Shown: positions 10,397 through 21,649 of the stretch, one piece after another | Numbering within the stretch: the first letter of the stretch is position 1 | Layout of the letters: each line of letters opens with the position of its first letter | Source: a bacterium | GTDB taxonomy: Bacteria > UBA8248 | Assembly (NCBI GenBank): GCA_965200245.1 | Contig: CBDATS010000005.1 | Location: 64,001 to 128,000 of the forward strand | Direction: 5' to 3' | Length of the DNA stretch: 64,000 nucleotides | The notes under the pieces: generated by a model | What the model was told of the DNA's origin: nothing | What the model saw: the letters and a program-made list of their open reading frames with translations, nothing else | Database searches by the model: none | Position numbers and translations under genes: made by a program

Positions 10397-11700
10397 TTCC
10401 GCGATACACACGCCCTGAAATGGCGAAAATATGGGAAGAACGGGAAAAGCTGCAGCGGATGCTTGACGTGGAGTTAGCCGTTTGCGAGGAAATGTGTGCA
10501 CGCGAGGAAATCCCCGAATACGCTCTGGAAAAAATTAAATCGAAGGCGGCGTTCGACCCCGACCGAATCAAGGCGATAGAACGTGTCACGAAGCACGACG
10601 TCATCGCCTTTCTCACCAACGTAGCGGAACATGTAGGGCCGTCATCGCGCTACATTCACCTCGGCATGACGAGCAGTGACGTCCTCGATACTGGCCTCGC
10701 GCTACAACTCATATCCGCCGCCGATATTATTCTCGACGACATCCAGGAACTCCGGATGACCCTGAAAGAACGCGCTATAGAACATAAGCGCACCATCATG
10801 TCGGGCAGAACCCACGGAATGCACGCCGAACCGACGACATTGGGCCTCAAGATAGCCACCTGGTACACCGAGTTTGAGCGCGCGTCCGAGCGAATGCAAA
10901 GTGCGCGCGAAACTGTCCGCGTAGGCCAGATATCGGGTGCGGTGGGCGCCTGTCCTCATATCCCGCCAGACGCTGAAGAGGCCATCTGCAAACGTCTGGG
11001 CCTCAAGGTGGATCGTGTGAGCAGCCAAATCATCCAGCGCGACCGCCATGCGGAATATCATCTTGCGCTCGCTCTGGTGACGGCGAGCATCTCCCGTGTA
11101 GCGACGGAGATACGTCATCTCCAAAGGAATGAAGTAGGCGAAGCGGAGGAGTTCTTCAGCAAAGGCCAGAAAGGAAGTTCCGCCATGCCCCATAAGCGGA
11201 ACCCCGTGGTATCGGAGCAGCTTTGCGGCCTCGCCCGCATTGTGCAGGGAAACGCCCTGGCAGCCCTCCAGAATGTCCCTCTATGGCATGAGCGCGATAT
11301 CTCCCACTCATCCGTGGAACGGGTCATACTGCCTGACAGCACGATTCTCGTCGACTATATGCTGTTCAAATTGAACGAGTTAATGAAACACTGGGTCGTT
11401 TATCCCGACAAGATGGAGGAGAACCTTGCGCGCTCGAAAGGATTGCTCCTCAGCGAACACGTTATGCTGGCATTGATTCGTAAAACGGGCATTACCCGAG
11501 AGGAGGCCTACTCGCGTGTTCAGGCTCCTGCCATGGGGGTCTGGGCCGAGGGAGGAGACTTTCAGGCTACGCTAGCGGCGGATCCGCAAATCGGAGGCGT
11601 GCTGGGTGAAGAGGAACTCGCCCACTGCTTCGACATGGACGCTCACCTGAAAAATCTGGACCAGATTTTCGAGCGCGTGTTCGGCCGCGAGGATGGATAA
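10393..11700 (+). CDS. purB: Adenylosuccinate lyase
   Basis: MIPRYTRPEM, HDVIAF, GRTHGMHAEP, GSSAMPHKRNP signature. Confidence 0.96.
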   Translation: MIPRYTRPEMAKIWEEREKLQRMLDVELAVCEEMCAREEIPEYALEKIKSKAAFDPDRIKAIERVTKHDVIAFLTNVAEHVGPSSRYIHLGMTSSDVLDTGLALQLISAADIILDDIQELRMTLKERAIEHKRTIMSGRTHGMHAEPTTLGLKIATWYTEFERASERMQSARETVRVGQISGAVGACPHIPPDAEEAICKRLGLKVDRVSSQIIQRDRHAEYHLALALVTASISRVATEIRHLQRNEVGEAEEFFSKGQKGSSAMPHKRNPVVSEQLCGLARIVQGNALAALQNVPLWHERDISHSSVERVILPDSTILVDYMLFKLNELMKHWVVYPDKMEENLARSKGLLLSEHVMLALIRKTGITREEAYSRVQAPAMGVWAEGGDFQATLAADPQIGGVLGEEELAHCFDMDAHLKNLDQIFERVFGREDG

Positions 11701-11849
11701 AACCCGGCACGGGAGGTGACAAACACAAATCCATTTATGCTAGGATGAATACGCCAAGCTAACCGGATTGGCCGTTTTATAACCTGCTCAATGGAATAAC
11801 CCCTTAGATGAAGGTTCGAACTCTGCGACCCTTGGATGGAGAATTGTTC

Positions 11850-12563
11850 ATGAAACGCGGCAAACAGGTTTATGAAGGCAAAGCCAAAATTATCTATGAG
11901 ACCGATAACCCCGACTACTGTATCCAGTTCTTCAAGGACGATGCTTCCGCCTTTAACGCCAAGAAACTGGGGACCATCGAAGCCAAGGGAGTTTTCAACA
12001 ATTCCATCTCCTCTCGCTTGCTCCTGGAGGTGGAACGCCAAGGCATACCGACTCATTTCGTGGAAAAACTCTCCGATCGCGAGATGCTGGTGAAAAAGCT
12101 CGACATCATTCTTGTCGAAGTGGTGTTGAGAAACATTATCGCGGGAAGTCTGGCCAAGCGGATGGGCGTGGAGGAAGGCGCCCGACTTCCGAACACGGTT
12201 GTCGACCTCCACCTGAAAAACGATGAACTTGACGATCCGCTCATCAACGAAGACACCGCCGTAGCCTTCAACCTGGCCACTCGCGAGGAACTCGCGCAGA
12301 TGCGCAAATACGCAATGAAGGTAAACGACATCCTCACCTCGTTTTTTTCCGAAAGGAACATTGACCTCGTGGATTTCAAGCTCGAATTCGGGCGTTGCGC
12401 TGCGGAGGACGGCAAACTTCTGTTGGGCGATGAAATCACGCCGGACGGCTGCCGTTTCTGGGAAAAGGGAACAGGCCGGAAACTGGACAAGGATCGCTTC
12501 CGCAGGGACTTGGGCAACGTGGAAGATGCATATGCAGAAGTAGAAAAACTCGTCATAGAATAA
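11850..12563 (+). CDS. purC: SAICAR synthetase
   Basis: YEGKAK, FKDDASAFN, LVDFKLEFG, DEITPDGCRFW, LDKDRFRRD; start moved to ATG 11850 (GGAGA upstream). Confidence 0.95.
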   Translation: MKRGKQVYEGKAKIIYETDNPDYCIQFFKDDASAFNAKKLGTIEAKGVFNNSISSRLLLEVERQGIPTHFVEKLSDREMLVKKLDIILVEVVLRNIIAGSLAKRMGVEEGARLPNTVVDLHLKNDELDDPLINEDTAVAFNLATREELAQMRKYAMKVNDILTSFFSERNIDLVDFKLEFGRCAAEDGKLLLGDEITPDGCRFWEKGTGRKLDKDRFRRDLGNVEDAYAEVEKLVIE

Positions 12564-12575
12564 CTTCGCCCTGAG

Positions 12576-12842
12576 GTGGTGATGCCGAAAGCCCTAGTCT
12601 ACGTTACATTCAAAGCGGGTGTGCTCGACCCCCAGGGGGAAGCGGTTCGGGGAGCGCTCTCCTCGCTTGGATTCAAGGGCGTGAACGACGTGCGCGTGGG
12701 AAAATTCATCGAGCTCGAACTTGAGGACGCGGACGACATTCATGCCAATCTGGAAAAAATGTGTCGCGATCTACTCGCCAACCCCGTCATCGAAGACTAC
12801 CACATCGAAATGGCTGACGAATCCACGAACGGCGGGAGATGA
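12576..12842 (+). CDS. purS: FGAM synthase subunit PurS
   Basis: [23 protein letters not shown]. Confidence 0.95.
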   Translation: MVMPKALVYVTFKAGVLDPQGEAVRGALSSLGFKGVNDVRVGKFIELELEDADDIHANLEKMCRDLLANPVIEDYHIEMADESTNGGR

Positions 12843-13540
12843 AAATGCAATTTGCCGTCATCGTCTTTCCTGGTTCGAATTGCGATCACGACTGTTACCA
12901 CGCCATCAAGGAAGTTCTCAATCAGCCTGTGCGGTTCGTGTGGCACAAGGAGACCTCTCTTGCAGACGCAGAGGTGGTGATACTCCCCGGAGGCTTCAGC
13001 TACGGGGATTATCTGAGAGCCGGCACTATATCGCGCTTCTCACCAATCATGAAAGCAGTTTCCGCGCATGCCCGGAAAGGACGTCCCCTGCTCGGTATAT
13101 GTAACGGCTTTCAGTGCCTGACCGAATCGGGCCTGTTACCCGGAGCATTGAGGCGAAACGAGTCACTTCGCTTCATCTGTGACGAAGTTTGGCTCAAATG
13201 CGAGACTTCGAGAACTCCCTTTACCTGCGGCATCGAGCCCGACGAGATTCTCAAAATGACAATCGCGCACGGTGAAGGCAACTATTTTTGCGATCCCGAG
13301 ACACTTGCAGCGCTTGAGAACAACGAACAGATTGTTTTCCGCTACACGGACGCGGAGGGAAACGTGCATTCCGAAACGAATCCAAACGGTTCGATGGAAA
13401 ACATCGCGGGAATATGCAATCCGGCGGGAAACGTGGTCGGCCTTATGCCGCATCCCGAGCGCAGCTGCGATTCCCTGCTAGGCGGCGAGGACGGATTGCA
13501 AATGTTTCTGTCCGTGCTGCGCATGGTGGCCTCAACATGA
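12839..13540 (+). CDS. purQ: FGAM synthase glutaminase subunit PurQ
   Basis: [31 protein letters not shown]. Confidence 0.96.
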   Translation: MKMQFAVIVFPGSNCDHDCYHAIKEVLNQPVRFVWHKETSLADAEVVILPGGFSYGDYLRAGTISRFSPIMKAVSAHARKGRPLLGICNGFQCLTESGLLPGALRRNESLRFICDEVWLKCETSRTPFTCGIEPDEILKMTIAHGEGNYFCDPETLAALENNEQIVFRYTDAEGNVHSETNPNGSMENIAGICNPAGNVVGLMPHPERSCDSLLGGEDGLQMFLSVLRMVAST

Positions 13541-15774
13541 TCGCAACAGATACACCCGCCAAGCGTGACATGGCCCTCGATCACGGCCTTTCCCCGAACG
13601 AATGGGAAAGAATCGCGCAAATCCTGGGGCGCAACCCCAACGTAACGGAACTCGGTGTATTCTCCGCTATGTGGAACGAGCATTGTTCGTACAAGAGCAG
13701 CCGCATCCACCTGAAAAAATTGCCCACGAAAGGCCCGAACGTCCTGCAGGGACCTGGAGAGAACGCGGGCGTCGTCGACCTGGGCGAAGGCATGGCCATT
13801 GCCTTCAAAATGGAAAGCCACAATCACCCCTCTTTCATCGAACCCTACCAAGGCGCGGCCACCGGGGTGGGCGGTATTTTACGTGATATTTTCACGATGG
13901 GAGCGCGGCCCATCGCGCTGCTTGACAGCTTGCGTTTCGGGGCACCGGAGGATCCACGCACGCCATATCTCGTCGGCGGCGTCGTAGGCGGCATCGCGGG
14001 CTACGGGAATTGCGTCGGCGTTCCTACAGTGGGTGGAGAAACAAAGTTTCACCCCTGCTATAACGGCAACATTCTGGTGAACGTCATGTGTGTGGGTGTC
14101 ATGCGCTCGGACGCCATATTCCGGGGCACCGCCTCTGGTATCGGGAATCCTGTCATCTACGTGGGCGCGCCCACCGGCCGAGACGGCATCCACGGAGCGT
14201 CCATGGCGTCTGTGGGTTTTGACGATTCCGCGCTGGAGAAGAGACCAACTGTTCAGGTGGGCGATCCATTCCGGGAAAAATTGCTTCTCGAGGCGTGCCT
14301 GGAATTGATGAAATGTAACGCCGTGGTCGGTATTCAGGATATGGGTGCCGCCGGCCTCACTTCCTCATCCGTTGAAATGGCAGGCCGCGCAGGCACGGGT
14401 CTTATCCTTCGCCTGGATGCAGTTCCTTGCCGGGAAGAAGCGATGTCGCCATACGAGATGATGCTCTCCGAAAGCCAGGAAAGGATGCTGCTGGTAGCGG
14501 AAAAAGGCAGGGAATCCGAGGTGCAGGAGATATTCGAACGCTGGGACCTGCCGATGTCTGTCGTGGGAGAAGTGACCGGTGACGGAAGACTTCGTGCATC
14601 TTTCGATGGGAATGAAGTCGCCAACCTGCCCGTATCTTCCCTGACGGATGATGCGCCGACATATGATCGTCCCCAAAAACCCGAACGCGGCCTCCCGCCG
14701 GACGACCCGCTGGACAAGCTGCCGGAACCAAAAGACCTTGGACTTGTCCTGCTCAAGATGCTGGCCCACCCCAACCAGGGAGACAAAAAACCGATATGGC
14801 GCCAATATGACTATAAAGTTCGTACGAACACGGTGAATCCTCCGGGGGGAGACGCCGCAGTCATTCATCTTAAGGGTACGCAAAAGGCGCTGGCGCTCAC
14901 AACAGACGGCAACTCCAGATACAGCATGCTCAATCCCTATAAGGGCGGGATGCTCGCCGTGGCGGAAGCCGCACGAAACATCTCCTGCGTAGGCGCCAGG
15001 CCACTTGCACTCACCAATTGCCTGAATTTCGGTAATCCGGAACGCCCCGCCATCATGGCCCAGTTCTCTTCATCTATTGAGGGCATGGCGCAAGCGTGCC
15101 GGTCTCTTGAACTACCGGTAGTGAGCGGGAACGTGAGCTTCTATAACGAGACACACCAGGTGGATATCTACCCTACTCCGATTATCGGCATGGTGGGACT
15201 GCTCGACGATGTACACAAAAGAGCGTGCCATGGTTTCGCATCTGAGAATGATGTTATTGCCCTGATACATCCTGTCGGCGAAGCCCTGTTGTCGGCAAGT
15301 TCGGCCCATGAATACGTCTGGGTGGATAGTGGTCAAGAAGGAGGCGATGCACCTCCGATTTCCCTGGATGCGGAAAAAGCCGTGCAGGCAGCTTGCAGGC
15401 GAGGCATCGAAACGGGCCTGGTACGCTCCGCCCACGATCTTTCCGAAGGCGGTCTGGGAATCGCACTGGCGGAATCCGCGCTCGCATCACCGAAAAGAAA
15501 ACTTGGAGTCGAAGTGACGCTTCCCGATCTGGAAGGCAGACTGGACGGCTTACTTTACGGCGAAGCCGCATCGCGCATACTGGTGACCACACCTCCAGAT
15601 GCGATGGACGCCCTGCTCGAGGTCGCACAAAGCTGTGGAGCGAACCTCACGCGAATTGGTCGTGTCCAGGAACGTGCATTCGTCATAAAAACAGCGGATA
15701 ATGCGCCTCTTGTAGATCTGACCATGCCCGCAATCGTGGCGGCTTGGTCGGGTGCCCTCTCCGAGGTAATGTGA
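13537..15774 (+). CDS. purL: FGAM synthase subunit PurL (small type)
   Basis: [45 protein letters not shown]; start at ATGA overlap 13537. Confidence 0.96.
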   Translation: MIATDTPAKRDMALDHGLSPNEWERIAQILGRNPNVTELGVFSAMWNEHCSYKSSRIHLKKLPTKGPNVLQGPGENAGVVDLGEGMAIAFKMESHNHPSFIEPYQGAATGVGGILRDIFTMGARPIALLDSLRFGAPEDPRTPYLVGGVVGGIAGYGNCVGVPTVGGETKFHPCYNGNILVNVMCVGVMRSDAIFRGTASGIGNPVIYVGAPTGRDGIHGASMASVGFDDSALEKRPTVQVGDPFREKLLLEACLELMKCNAVVGIQDMGAAGLTSSSVEMAGRAGTGLILRLDAVPCREEAMSPYEMMLSESQERMLLVAEKGRESEVQEIFERWDLPMSVVGEVTGDGRLRASFDGNEVANLPVSSLTDDAPTYDRPQKPERGLPPDDPLDKLPEPKDLGLVLLKMLAHPNQGDKKPIWRQYDYKVRTNTVNPPGGDAAVIHLKGTQKALALTTDGNSRYSMLNPYKGGMLAVAEAARNISCVGARPLALTNCLNFGNPERPAIMAQFSSSIEGMAQACRSLELPVVSGNVSFYNETHQVDIYPTPIIGMVGLLDDVHKRACHGFASENDVIALIHPVGEALLSASSAHEYVWVDSGQEGGDAPPISLDAEKAVQAACRRGIETGLVRSAHDLSEGGLGIALAESALASPKRKLGVEVTLPDLEGRLDGLLYGEAASRILVTTPPDAMDALLEVAQSCGANLTRIGRVQERAFVIKTADNAPLVDLTMPAIVAAWSGALSEVM

Positions 15775-15775
15775 G

Positions 15776-17224
15776 ATGTCTACCTGTGTCGATGATCACC
15801 CGAAGGAGGAATGCGGCGTATTCGGGATATACAATCATCCTGAAGCGGCCAACATGGCCTATCTGGGTCTCTACGCCCTTCAGCACAGAGGACAAGAGAG
15901 TGCCGGTATCGTAGCTTCCAATGGCGAGAGGATGCACAGTGAAGTCGGCATGGGCCTTGTCGCCGATGTCTTCACGGAAGAGCGCATAGACAAGCTCAAT
16001 GGTCACATCGCCATTGGCCACAACCGCTACTCCACTGCCGGACAATCCGACATCAAAAACGCCCAGCCGTTCCTGGTGGACTATGCGAAAGGAACGCTCG
16101 CCCTGGGACACAATGGAAACCTCGTCAACGGCGGCGTGTTGCGAGAAGAGTTGGAAGAAAACGGATCGATTTTTCGGAGTACAACGGACAGCGAAGTCAT
16201 TTTACATCTCATCGCCCGCTCCGATGAAAAAACTTCCGAAGGCGCCATCATTGAAGCCATCCAACGACTGGAAGGAGCCTATACGCTCACGATGATGACA
16301 GTGGACAAGCTGATCGGTGTTCGGGACCCCCTCGGGTTCCGCCCCCTGGTTTTGGGCAAACTCCCTGCAGGACAAACCGGGAGCGATTCCTGGGTTCTCG
16401 CGAGCGAAACGTGTGCACTCGATTTGATAGACGCCGAATATGTGCGGGAAGTGCAACCCGGCGAGATGGTCGTGATCGATCACAATGGGGTAAGGAGCAT
16501 TAATTTTGCTCCAACCGCTCAACAGCAACAATGTATTTTCGAGTTTATTTATTTCGCCCGACCGGACAGCCTGATTTTCGGGAAAACTGCCTATGCAGTA
16601 AGACGAAAGCTGGGTGCTCGACTCGCCGAGGAAGACGATGTGGAGGCTGACATCGTTACACCCGTTCCAGACTCAGGCCTATCCGCAGCGCTGGGATACG
16701 CAGATGCCTCGGGACTGCCCCTGGAGTGGGGCCTGATACGCAACCACTACGTGGGCCGGACGTTTATCGAGCCTGAGCAGTCGATTCGGAATTTCGGCGT
16801 CAAACTCAAGCTGAATCCCATGAAAGAGTTTCTTGCGGACAAGCGGGTCGTGGTGGTCGATGACTCCCTCGTCAGGGGTACGACGAGCCAGAAAATTGTC
16901 GAGCTGATTCGGAGAGCAGGCGCAAGAGAAGTCCACATGCGCATCAGTTCGCCTCCCATCACCCATCCGTGTTTTTTCGGTATCGATATGTCTACCCTTG
17001 AGGAACTCAAGGCCTCTTCGAACAGCGTTGAGGAAATAAGACAATTCCTGAAGGCGGACAGCCTTCGCTATTTGTCTCTCAAGGGTCTGCTCCGTTGCGC
17101 TCATCCGAATGAGAATTCGTTTTGCACGGCCTGTTTTTCAGGAAATTATCCGATCCCTGTCGAAAACAACGACCATCAACTCTCTCTTTTTCGGGACTCC
17201 CGCGCTTCCGAACACCGTGCATAG
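15776..17224 (+). CDS. purF: Amidophosphoribosyltransferase
   Basis: Propeptide followed by CGVFG, QHRGQESAG, VDDSLVRGTT PRPP motif, Fe-S cysteines. Confidence 0.96.
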   Translation: MSTCVDDHPKEECGVFGIYNHPEAANMAYLGLYALQHRGQESAGIVASNGERMHSEVGMGLVADVFTEERIDKLNGHIAIGHNRYSTAGQSDIKNAQPFLVDYAKGTLALGHNGNLVNGGVLREELEENGSIFRSTTDSEVILHLIARSDEKTSEGAIIEAIQRLEGAYTLTMMTVDKLIGVRDPLGFRPLVLGKLPAGQTGSDSWVLASETCALDLIDAEYVREVQPGEMVVIDHNGVRSINFAPTAQQQQCIFEFIYFARPDSLIFGKTAYAVRRKLGARLAEEDDVEADIVTPVPDSGLSAALGYADASGLPLEWGLIRNHYVGRTFIEPEQSIRNFGVKLKLNPMKEFLADKRVVVVDDSLVRGTTSQKIVELIRRAGAREVHMRISSPPITHPCFFGIDMSTLEELKASSNSVEEIRQFLKADSLRYLSLKGLLRCAHPNENSFCTACFSGNYPIPVENNDHQLSLFRDSRASEHRA

Positions 17225-17228
17225 CAAT

Positions 17229-17258
17229 TTGACCAAGCAAAATAGTTAGTGTTATCCT
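17229..17258 (+). promoter_or_regulatory. Candidate sigma70 promoter for mltD-like gene
   Basis: TTGACC-18 nt-TATCCT with TGn extension, in an AT-rich gap. Confidence 0.45.
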
Positions 17259-17315
17259 TTACCAAGATTTTTCTATCGTTTTGGAATATTTGGCATTGGG
17301 AGAAAATATTTTACC

Positions 17316-19130
17316 ATGAAACGAAGATGGATATTCCTCATCTGCTTGTTTGCGACAGGCTGCAACGCGGTGTCTGTCTCCCAAAGTAAAATACCATCAA
17401 GCAATTTCACCAGCGATAATTCTGTCCGGGCGAAAATCGGTGCACCAAAAAAACTAACAGCCGACGCTTCCATCAAGACGAATGTCCTTGCTCCAACTCA
17501 AGCAAAGGTTTCCCTTTTTCCTGAACGCACAACGCCCGAACAGCCTGAAATTACTCAGCAAGAATCGCAGGTGATGTTGGCGTCCACGCAGTCGCAAGAC
17601 TACGAAGCCGACAATTTCACTACGCAGACTGAATCTCTGGAATTCGGGAATGAGCCTATAGATTCCATGGATGAAAAAAAGGAGAAAGACTCTGAACCCT
17701 CACCACACGACATCAACTTGTCGGTCCCTGAAACAGAAGAACTCATCAAGACTTCACCAACACCGGAAGCCAGGAAGCCGAAGGCTTTTGCATATGACGT
17801 ACCCATCGTTCGAAACGCCATCGTGGACAGATGGATTGAATACTTCACCGGTCCTGGGCGCGCCAGTTTCTCCTTCTGGCTGAGCCGGGGAGGACGCTAC
17901 ATCAATTTATTCCGCGAGATACTGAAAGAACACCAATTGCCTCAGGACCTGGCGTACCTCTCCCTCATTGAGAGCGGATTCAACCCAAAGGCACGTTCCA
18001 TCAAAGGTGCCGTCGGTCCCTGGCAGTTTATGCCGGGCACCGCGAGGCGAATGGGCCTGAAAATCAATTATTATCTCGACGAGCGCCGCCACCCGATGAA
18101 ATCGACCCGAGCAGCTGCGGCATATCTTTCGAAACTGTATGAGGAATTCGGCGACTGGCACCTGGCCCTCGCAGCATACAATGCGGGAGAAAATCGCATC
18201 GCCAAGACCATGCGCAGGTCCGGTCTCAAAGATTACTGGTCACTAGCCAGAACGAGACACCTGCCGAACGAGACCAGAAACTACGTCGCCAAATACCTGG
18301 CAGGGATGATAATCGCCAAAAATCCGGAAGTATTCGGATTCGCAAATATTGATTACGAAACCCCCTGGAACCTTGAAGCCGTACAGCTCACTCATGGCAC
18401 GAGCCTGAGAGCGATTTCCCGTTTATCCAAAGTCTCCTTTGACACTTTGAGGAAAATCAACGCAGAGTTGAGAACCTCCGTCACGCCACCGGGCAACGGA
18501 TACCATCTTTTTCTGCCAAATGAAGCGGCAAAAGAATTCAATAAAAAATTAGCGAAGCTTCACGAATTTTACCGCTCTGCCCCCGACTCCTACCACATAC
18601 AGCCGGGCGATACTTTCGGAGCAATCGCTCAAAAACTCGATATCCCGCTGGATAGACTAATGGAGTTGAACACCCATCTCCATCCCCGAAGACTTCAGGT
18701 AGGCGCCAAAATTCTTCTTCCAAAATCGATAAATACGCCGAAAGCGGATCGGCCAAATTCGGCAACAGGAAGCATAACTGCCATGCCGGATTTGCACATC
18801 GTGCAACGAGGTGAATCTTTTTGGCTAATCGCCCAAAAATACGGCATCTCCAGCCAGGAACTGTTGCAGTCCAACACCGGAATCGACCCAAAGCGTCTGC
18901 GAATTGGTATGAAAATTCGCCTCCCCTTGAAAAAACACCTCGTAAAACATGAGAAAACCAAGGAAAAAGAGACTGGCGGCAAATCGACGCGCCATCTCGT
19001 TGAGCCGGGAGAGAACGTCTCCATCATCGCCCATCAATACGGGGTTCGAACGGAAGTGCTCCTCGCATGGAATCGGTTGAGCCCCTCGGCCAAAATTTTT
19101 CCAGGAGAAAAACTCATCGTTCACCGCTAG
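17316..19130 (+). CDS. mltD: MltD-like lytic transglycosylase lipoprotein with three LysM domains
   Basis: Lipobox ATGC; IESGF, G.WQF, AAYNAGE, ETRNYV motifs; repeated H.(I/V)..G(D/E) LysM units. Confidence 0.88.
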   Translation: MKRRWIFLICLFATGCNAVSVSQSKIPSSNFTSDNSVRAKIGAPKKLTADASIKTNVLAPTQAKVSLFPERTTPEQPEITQQESQVMLASTQSQDYEADNFTTQTESLEFGNEPIDSMDEKKEKDSEPSPHDINLSVPETEELIKTSPTPEARKPKAFAYDVPIVRNAIVDRWIEYFTGPGRASFSFWLSRGGRYINLFREILKEHQLPQDLAYLSLIESGFNPKARSIKGAVGPWQFMPGTARRMGLKINYYLDERRHPMKSTRAAAAYLSKLYEEFGDWHLALAAYNAGENRIAKTMRRSGLKDYWSLARTRHLPNETRNYVAKYLAGMIIAKNPEVFGFANIDYETPWNLEAVQLTHGTSLRAISRLSKVSFDTLRKINAELRTSVTPPGNGYHLFLPNEAAKEFNKKLAKLHEFYRSAPDSYHIQPGDTFGAIAQKLDIPLDRLMELNTHLHPRRLQVGAKILLPKSINTPKADRPNSATGSITAMPDLHIVQRGESFWLIAQKYGISSQELLQSNTGIDPKRLRIGMKIRLPLKKHLVKHEKTKEKETGGKSTRHLVEPGENVSIIAHQYGVRTEVLLAWNRLSPSAKIFPGEKLIVHR

Positions 19131-19143
19131 AATTATAGGTTTC

Positions 19144-19173
19144 TTGACACTGGCTTCCATGCTCTCCTAAGAT
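19144..19173 (+). promoter_or_regulatory. Candidate sigma70 promoter for bamD-sigma-pgsA-plsY
   Basis: TTGACA-18 nt-TAAGAT. Confidence 0.55.
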
Positions 19174-19224
19174 TCAGATTCAGTCGAAGTTGTACGACGA
19201 TAATTTTTTTCGATAGAGAACGAC

Positions 19225-19998
19225 ATGTTCAAACGCGCTACGAATGACGTCATGTTTGTATTTGTCTCCCTGTTTTGTGTGCTCTTTTTGATGAGTGGGT
19301 GTGTCTCGCGCCCGAAGCAACAGGCGTCGCCAGGAGAATTACTCGTCATCGGAGAAGAAGATTTGCGCGCAGAACGTTTTGAAGCGGCGCGCCTCGCTTT
19401 CAAACGCCTGTTGGAGGAATACCCTGACAGCAAACACCGCCGCAGCGCGCTGTTGCGCTTGGGAGATTCATACTACCAAGAGGAAGAATACATCGAATCG
19501 AAGTTGCAATACGCCGAATATGTCCGCCTGTATCCCGTAAGCGCCAAAACGCCGAAAGCGTTCTACTTCCTCGCCATGAGCGACTACCAGAGAAATCTAG
19601 ACATTGATCAGGACATAACTGTTGCGCGAGACGCGCTCAAAAACTTCCAAACCCTCGTACGACGCTTCCCAAGCTCGGAATATACGCCCAATGCGAGACA
19701 GAAGATATCGGGTTTAAGGGAACACCTCGTCAAAAACGCTTTGTTCGTCGCAAATTTTTATTTCAGGACAAACCTGCGCGTCTCTGCGATTCCGCGTTAC
19801 AAGGAAATCATTCGGGATTTTAGCGATGTCCCCCATGTTCGCGCCGAAGCCATGTACAAGCTGGGAGAAAGCTACAGAATCGAAGAGAGCTTCAGGAAAG
19901 CGGGAGAAGCCTATCGTTCTCTCCTGGAAGCATATCCAGATGATCAATATGCTTCACCCGCATACAGCAGGCTCGTCATACTCACAGGCAAAAAATGA
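19225..19998 (+). CDS. bamD: Outer membrane protein assembly factor BamD (TPR lipoprotein)
   Basis: Lipobox LMSGC; EYPDS, RLYP, DQ..ARDA..F..L.RRFP.S.Y, VANFY motifs. Confidence 0.88.
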   Translation: MFKRATNDVMFVFVSLFCVLFLMSGCVSRPKQQASPGELLVIGEEDLRAERFEAARLAFKRLLEEYPDSKHRRSALLRLGDSYYQEEEYIESKLQYAEYVRLYPVSAKTPKAFYFLAMSDYQRNLDIDQDITVARDALKNFQTLVRRFPSSEYTPNARQKISGLREHLVKNALFVANFYFRTNLRVSAIPRYKEIIRDFSDVPHVRAEAMYKLGESYRIEESFRKAGEAYRSLLEAYPDDQYASPAYSRLVILTGKK

Positions 19999-20048
19999 TT
20001 TCTGGACCCATATTGTCAAACCAATTCGTCACATGCGGGTAACCTTTG

Positions 20049-21038
20049 ATGTCTGAGCCGAATGAAGGCGAATCTGAAGACAGAAATTCACCTGTCACAC
20101 GCGAGAAGGCTCCCGACACTCACGAAACGGATTCCTGCAACGCAAATGAAGCAGACGATACTCCCGCGTTTTCCGACTCACCGGATCATCCCGGTGATAG
20201 TCGCTCTGCTTCTCCCGTCGCAGATACCCTGTCTTCCTATTTGAGAGACATCGGCACTCATCCGATTCTCAAGCGTGACGAAGAGCAGGCGCTGGCCTTC
20301 GCGGCGAGAGAGGGTGACGAAGAAGCGTTCAACAAACTCGTGCGCTCGAATTTGAGATACGTCGTCAGCGTAGCGAATCGCTATAAGGGCCTCGGACTTT
20401 CCCTTGAGGATTTGATAAACGAGGGAAATATCGGCTTGATCAACGCGATCAAACGTTTCGATCCCGAACGCGGCGTCAAACTCATTACCTATGCCGTGTG
20501 GTGGATTCGTCAAAGCATCATGCACGCGATAGCCGATCAGAGGAACGCCGTCAGACTGCCCGTCAAACAGGCCGGTCTTCTTCATAAAATTTCCATCATG
20601 TACGAGAAATTCCGACAAGAATTCGGGCGCGAGCCCGAGACGTCCGAATTGTCCGAACGACTTGACATCAAGGTCACGGATATCGAAAAACTCATACGCG
20701 CCAATCAGAATTATCTTTCTCTCGACACTCCCGTCTCCCCTGATGATGATACAAGCTACCTCGATTTGCTAGAGGAACAGAGCGCCGTATCCGTAGAGGA
20801 AGACGTGGTACAACACTCTCTTGAAGAGGAGGTGGAGGACCTGCTCGCAGAACTCGACCCCAAGGAGCGTGAAATCATTCGCATGCGTTATGGCTTTGAC
20901 GGAGAGGCAATGACGCTCGAAGAAATCGGGAACAAACTCGGGCTGTCGCGCGAAAGAATCAGACAAATAGAAAAAAAGGTAATCAGCCGTTTTCGCGCAG
21001 CAAGCGATCACCAGACGCTGCATGATTTCTTGTGTTGA
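20049..21038 (+). CDS. Sigma-70 family factor, RpoD/RpoS-like, lacking region 1.1
   Basis: Regions 1.2 (YLRDIG), 2 (NLRYVVSVA, DLINEGNIGL, TYAVWWIRQ), 3 (SLDTP), 4 (TLEEIG...SRERIRQIE). Confidence 0.9.
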   Translation: MSEPNEGESEDRNSPVTREKAPDTHETDSCNANEADDTPAFSDSPDHPGDSRSASPVADTLSSYLRDIGTHPILKRDEEQALAFAAREGDEEAFNKLVRSNLRYVVSVANRYKGLGLSLEDLINEGNIGLINAIKRFDPERGVKLITYAVWWIRQSIMHAIADQRNAVRLPVKQAGLLHKISIMYEKFRQEFGREPETSELSERLDIKVTDIEKLIRANQNYLSLDTPVSPDDDTSYLDLLEEQSAVSVEEDVVQHSLEEEVEDLLAELDPKEREIIRMRYGFDGEAMTLEEIGNKLGLSRERIRQIEKKVISRFRAASDHQTLHDFLC

Positions 21039-21040
21039 CG

Positions 21041-21649
21041 ATGTCGAAGGCCAATCCGCAAAAAACCGAAACTTCTCCCGAAAGCTGGCGCGAAGCGGCT
21101 TCGCGCCTTATCGCAAGCGGCACGGGAGAAAAGTTCACGCTCGCGAACAGTCTTACGCTCGCCCGTATTCTGATGGTTCCATTGCTCGTCATGTTCCTAC
21201 TCCAAGGTTCACCTCCCGCACAATACTTCGCCGCCGGCCTGTTCGTCATGGCGGCATTTACGGACTGGCTCGACGGTCATCTGGCGAGAACGCGCGACCA
21301 GATTACCCCTCTGGGCGAGATTCTAGACCCCGTGGCAGACAAACTTCTGATCGTCGCCGCCCTAATCCCCTTGGTATCACTCGGAAGAGTGGACGCCTGG
21401 GTCGTCGGCATCCTGTTAGGCCGGGAGCTTCTGGTGACAGCATTTCGCGCTGTGGCCTTGCGTCGCGGTCTGGTGGTGCCAGCGGGTTTCCTCGGTAAAA
21501 TCAAGATGGGCCTGGAGGTCGCGGCGATTTTTTTCCTGATCCTGGGTATTTTTCCGTCATTGGGCACCGTTCTGATTTGGGCCGCCATGATTGCGGCGGT
21601 CCTCTCCGCAGTTGATTATTTTCGGCAAATCGTTCGAGCCATCTCTTGA
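21041..21649 (+). CDS. pgsA: CDP-diacylglycerol--glycerol-3-phosphate 3-phosphatidyltransferase
   Basis: N.LT.ARI, TDWLDG.LAR...IT.LG..LDPVADK, GRE, GKIK. Confidence 0.92.
   Translation: MSKANPQKTETSPESWREAASRLIASGTGEKFTLANSLTLARILMVPLLVMFLLQGSPPAQYFAAGLFVMAAFTDWLDGHLARTRDQITPLGEILDPVADKLLIVAALIPLVSLGRVDAWVVGILLGRELLVTAFRAVALRRGLVVPAGFLGKIKMGLEVAAIFFLILGIFPSLGTVLIWAAMIAAVLSAVDYFRQIVRAIS

Noticed and set aside
11701-11849. Possible purine or ZTP riboswitch before purC
   Set aside because: No recognisable aptamer consensus or terminator; an Rfam scan would be decisive
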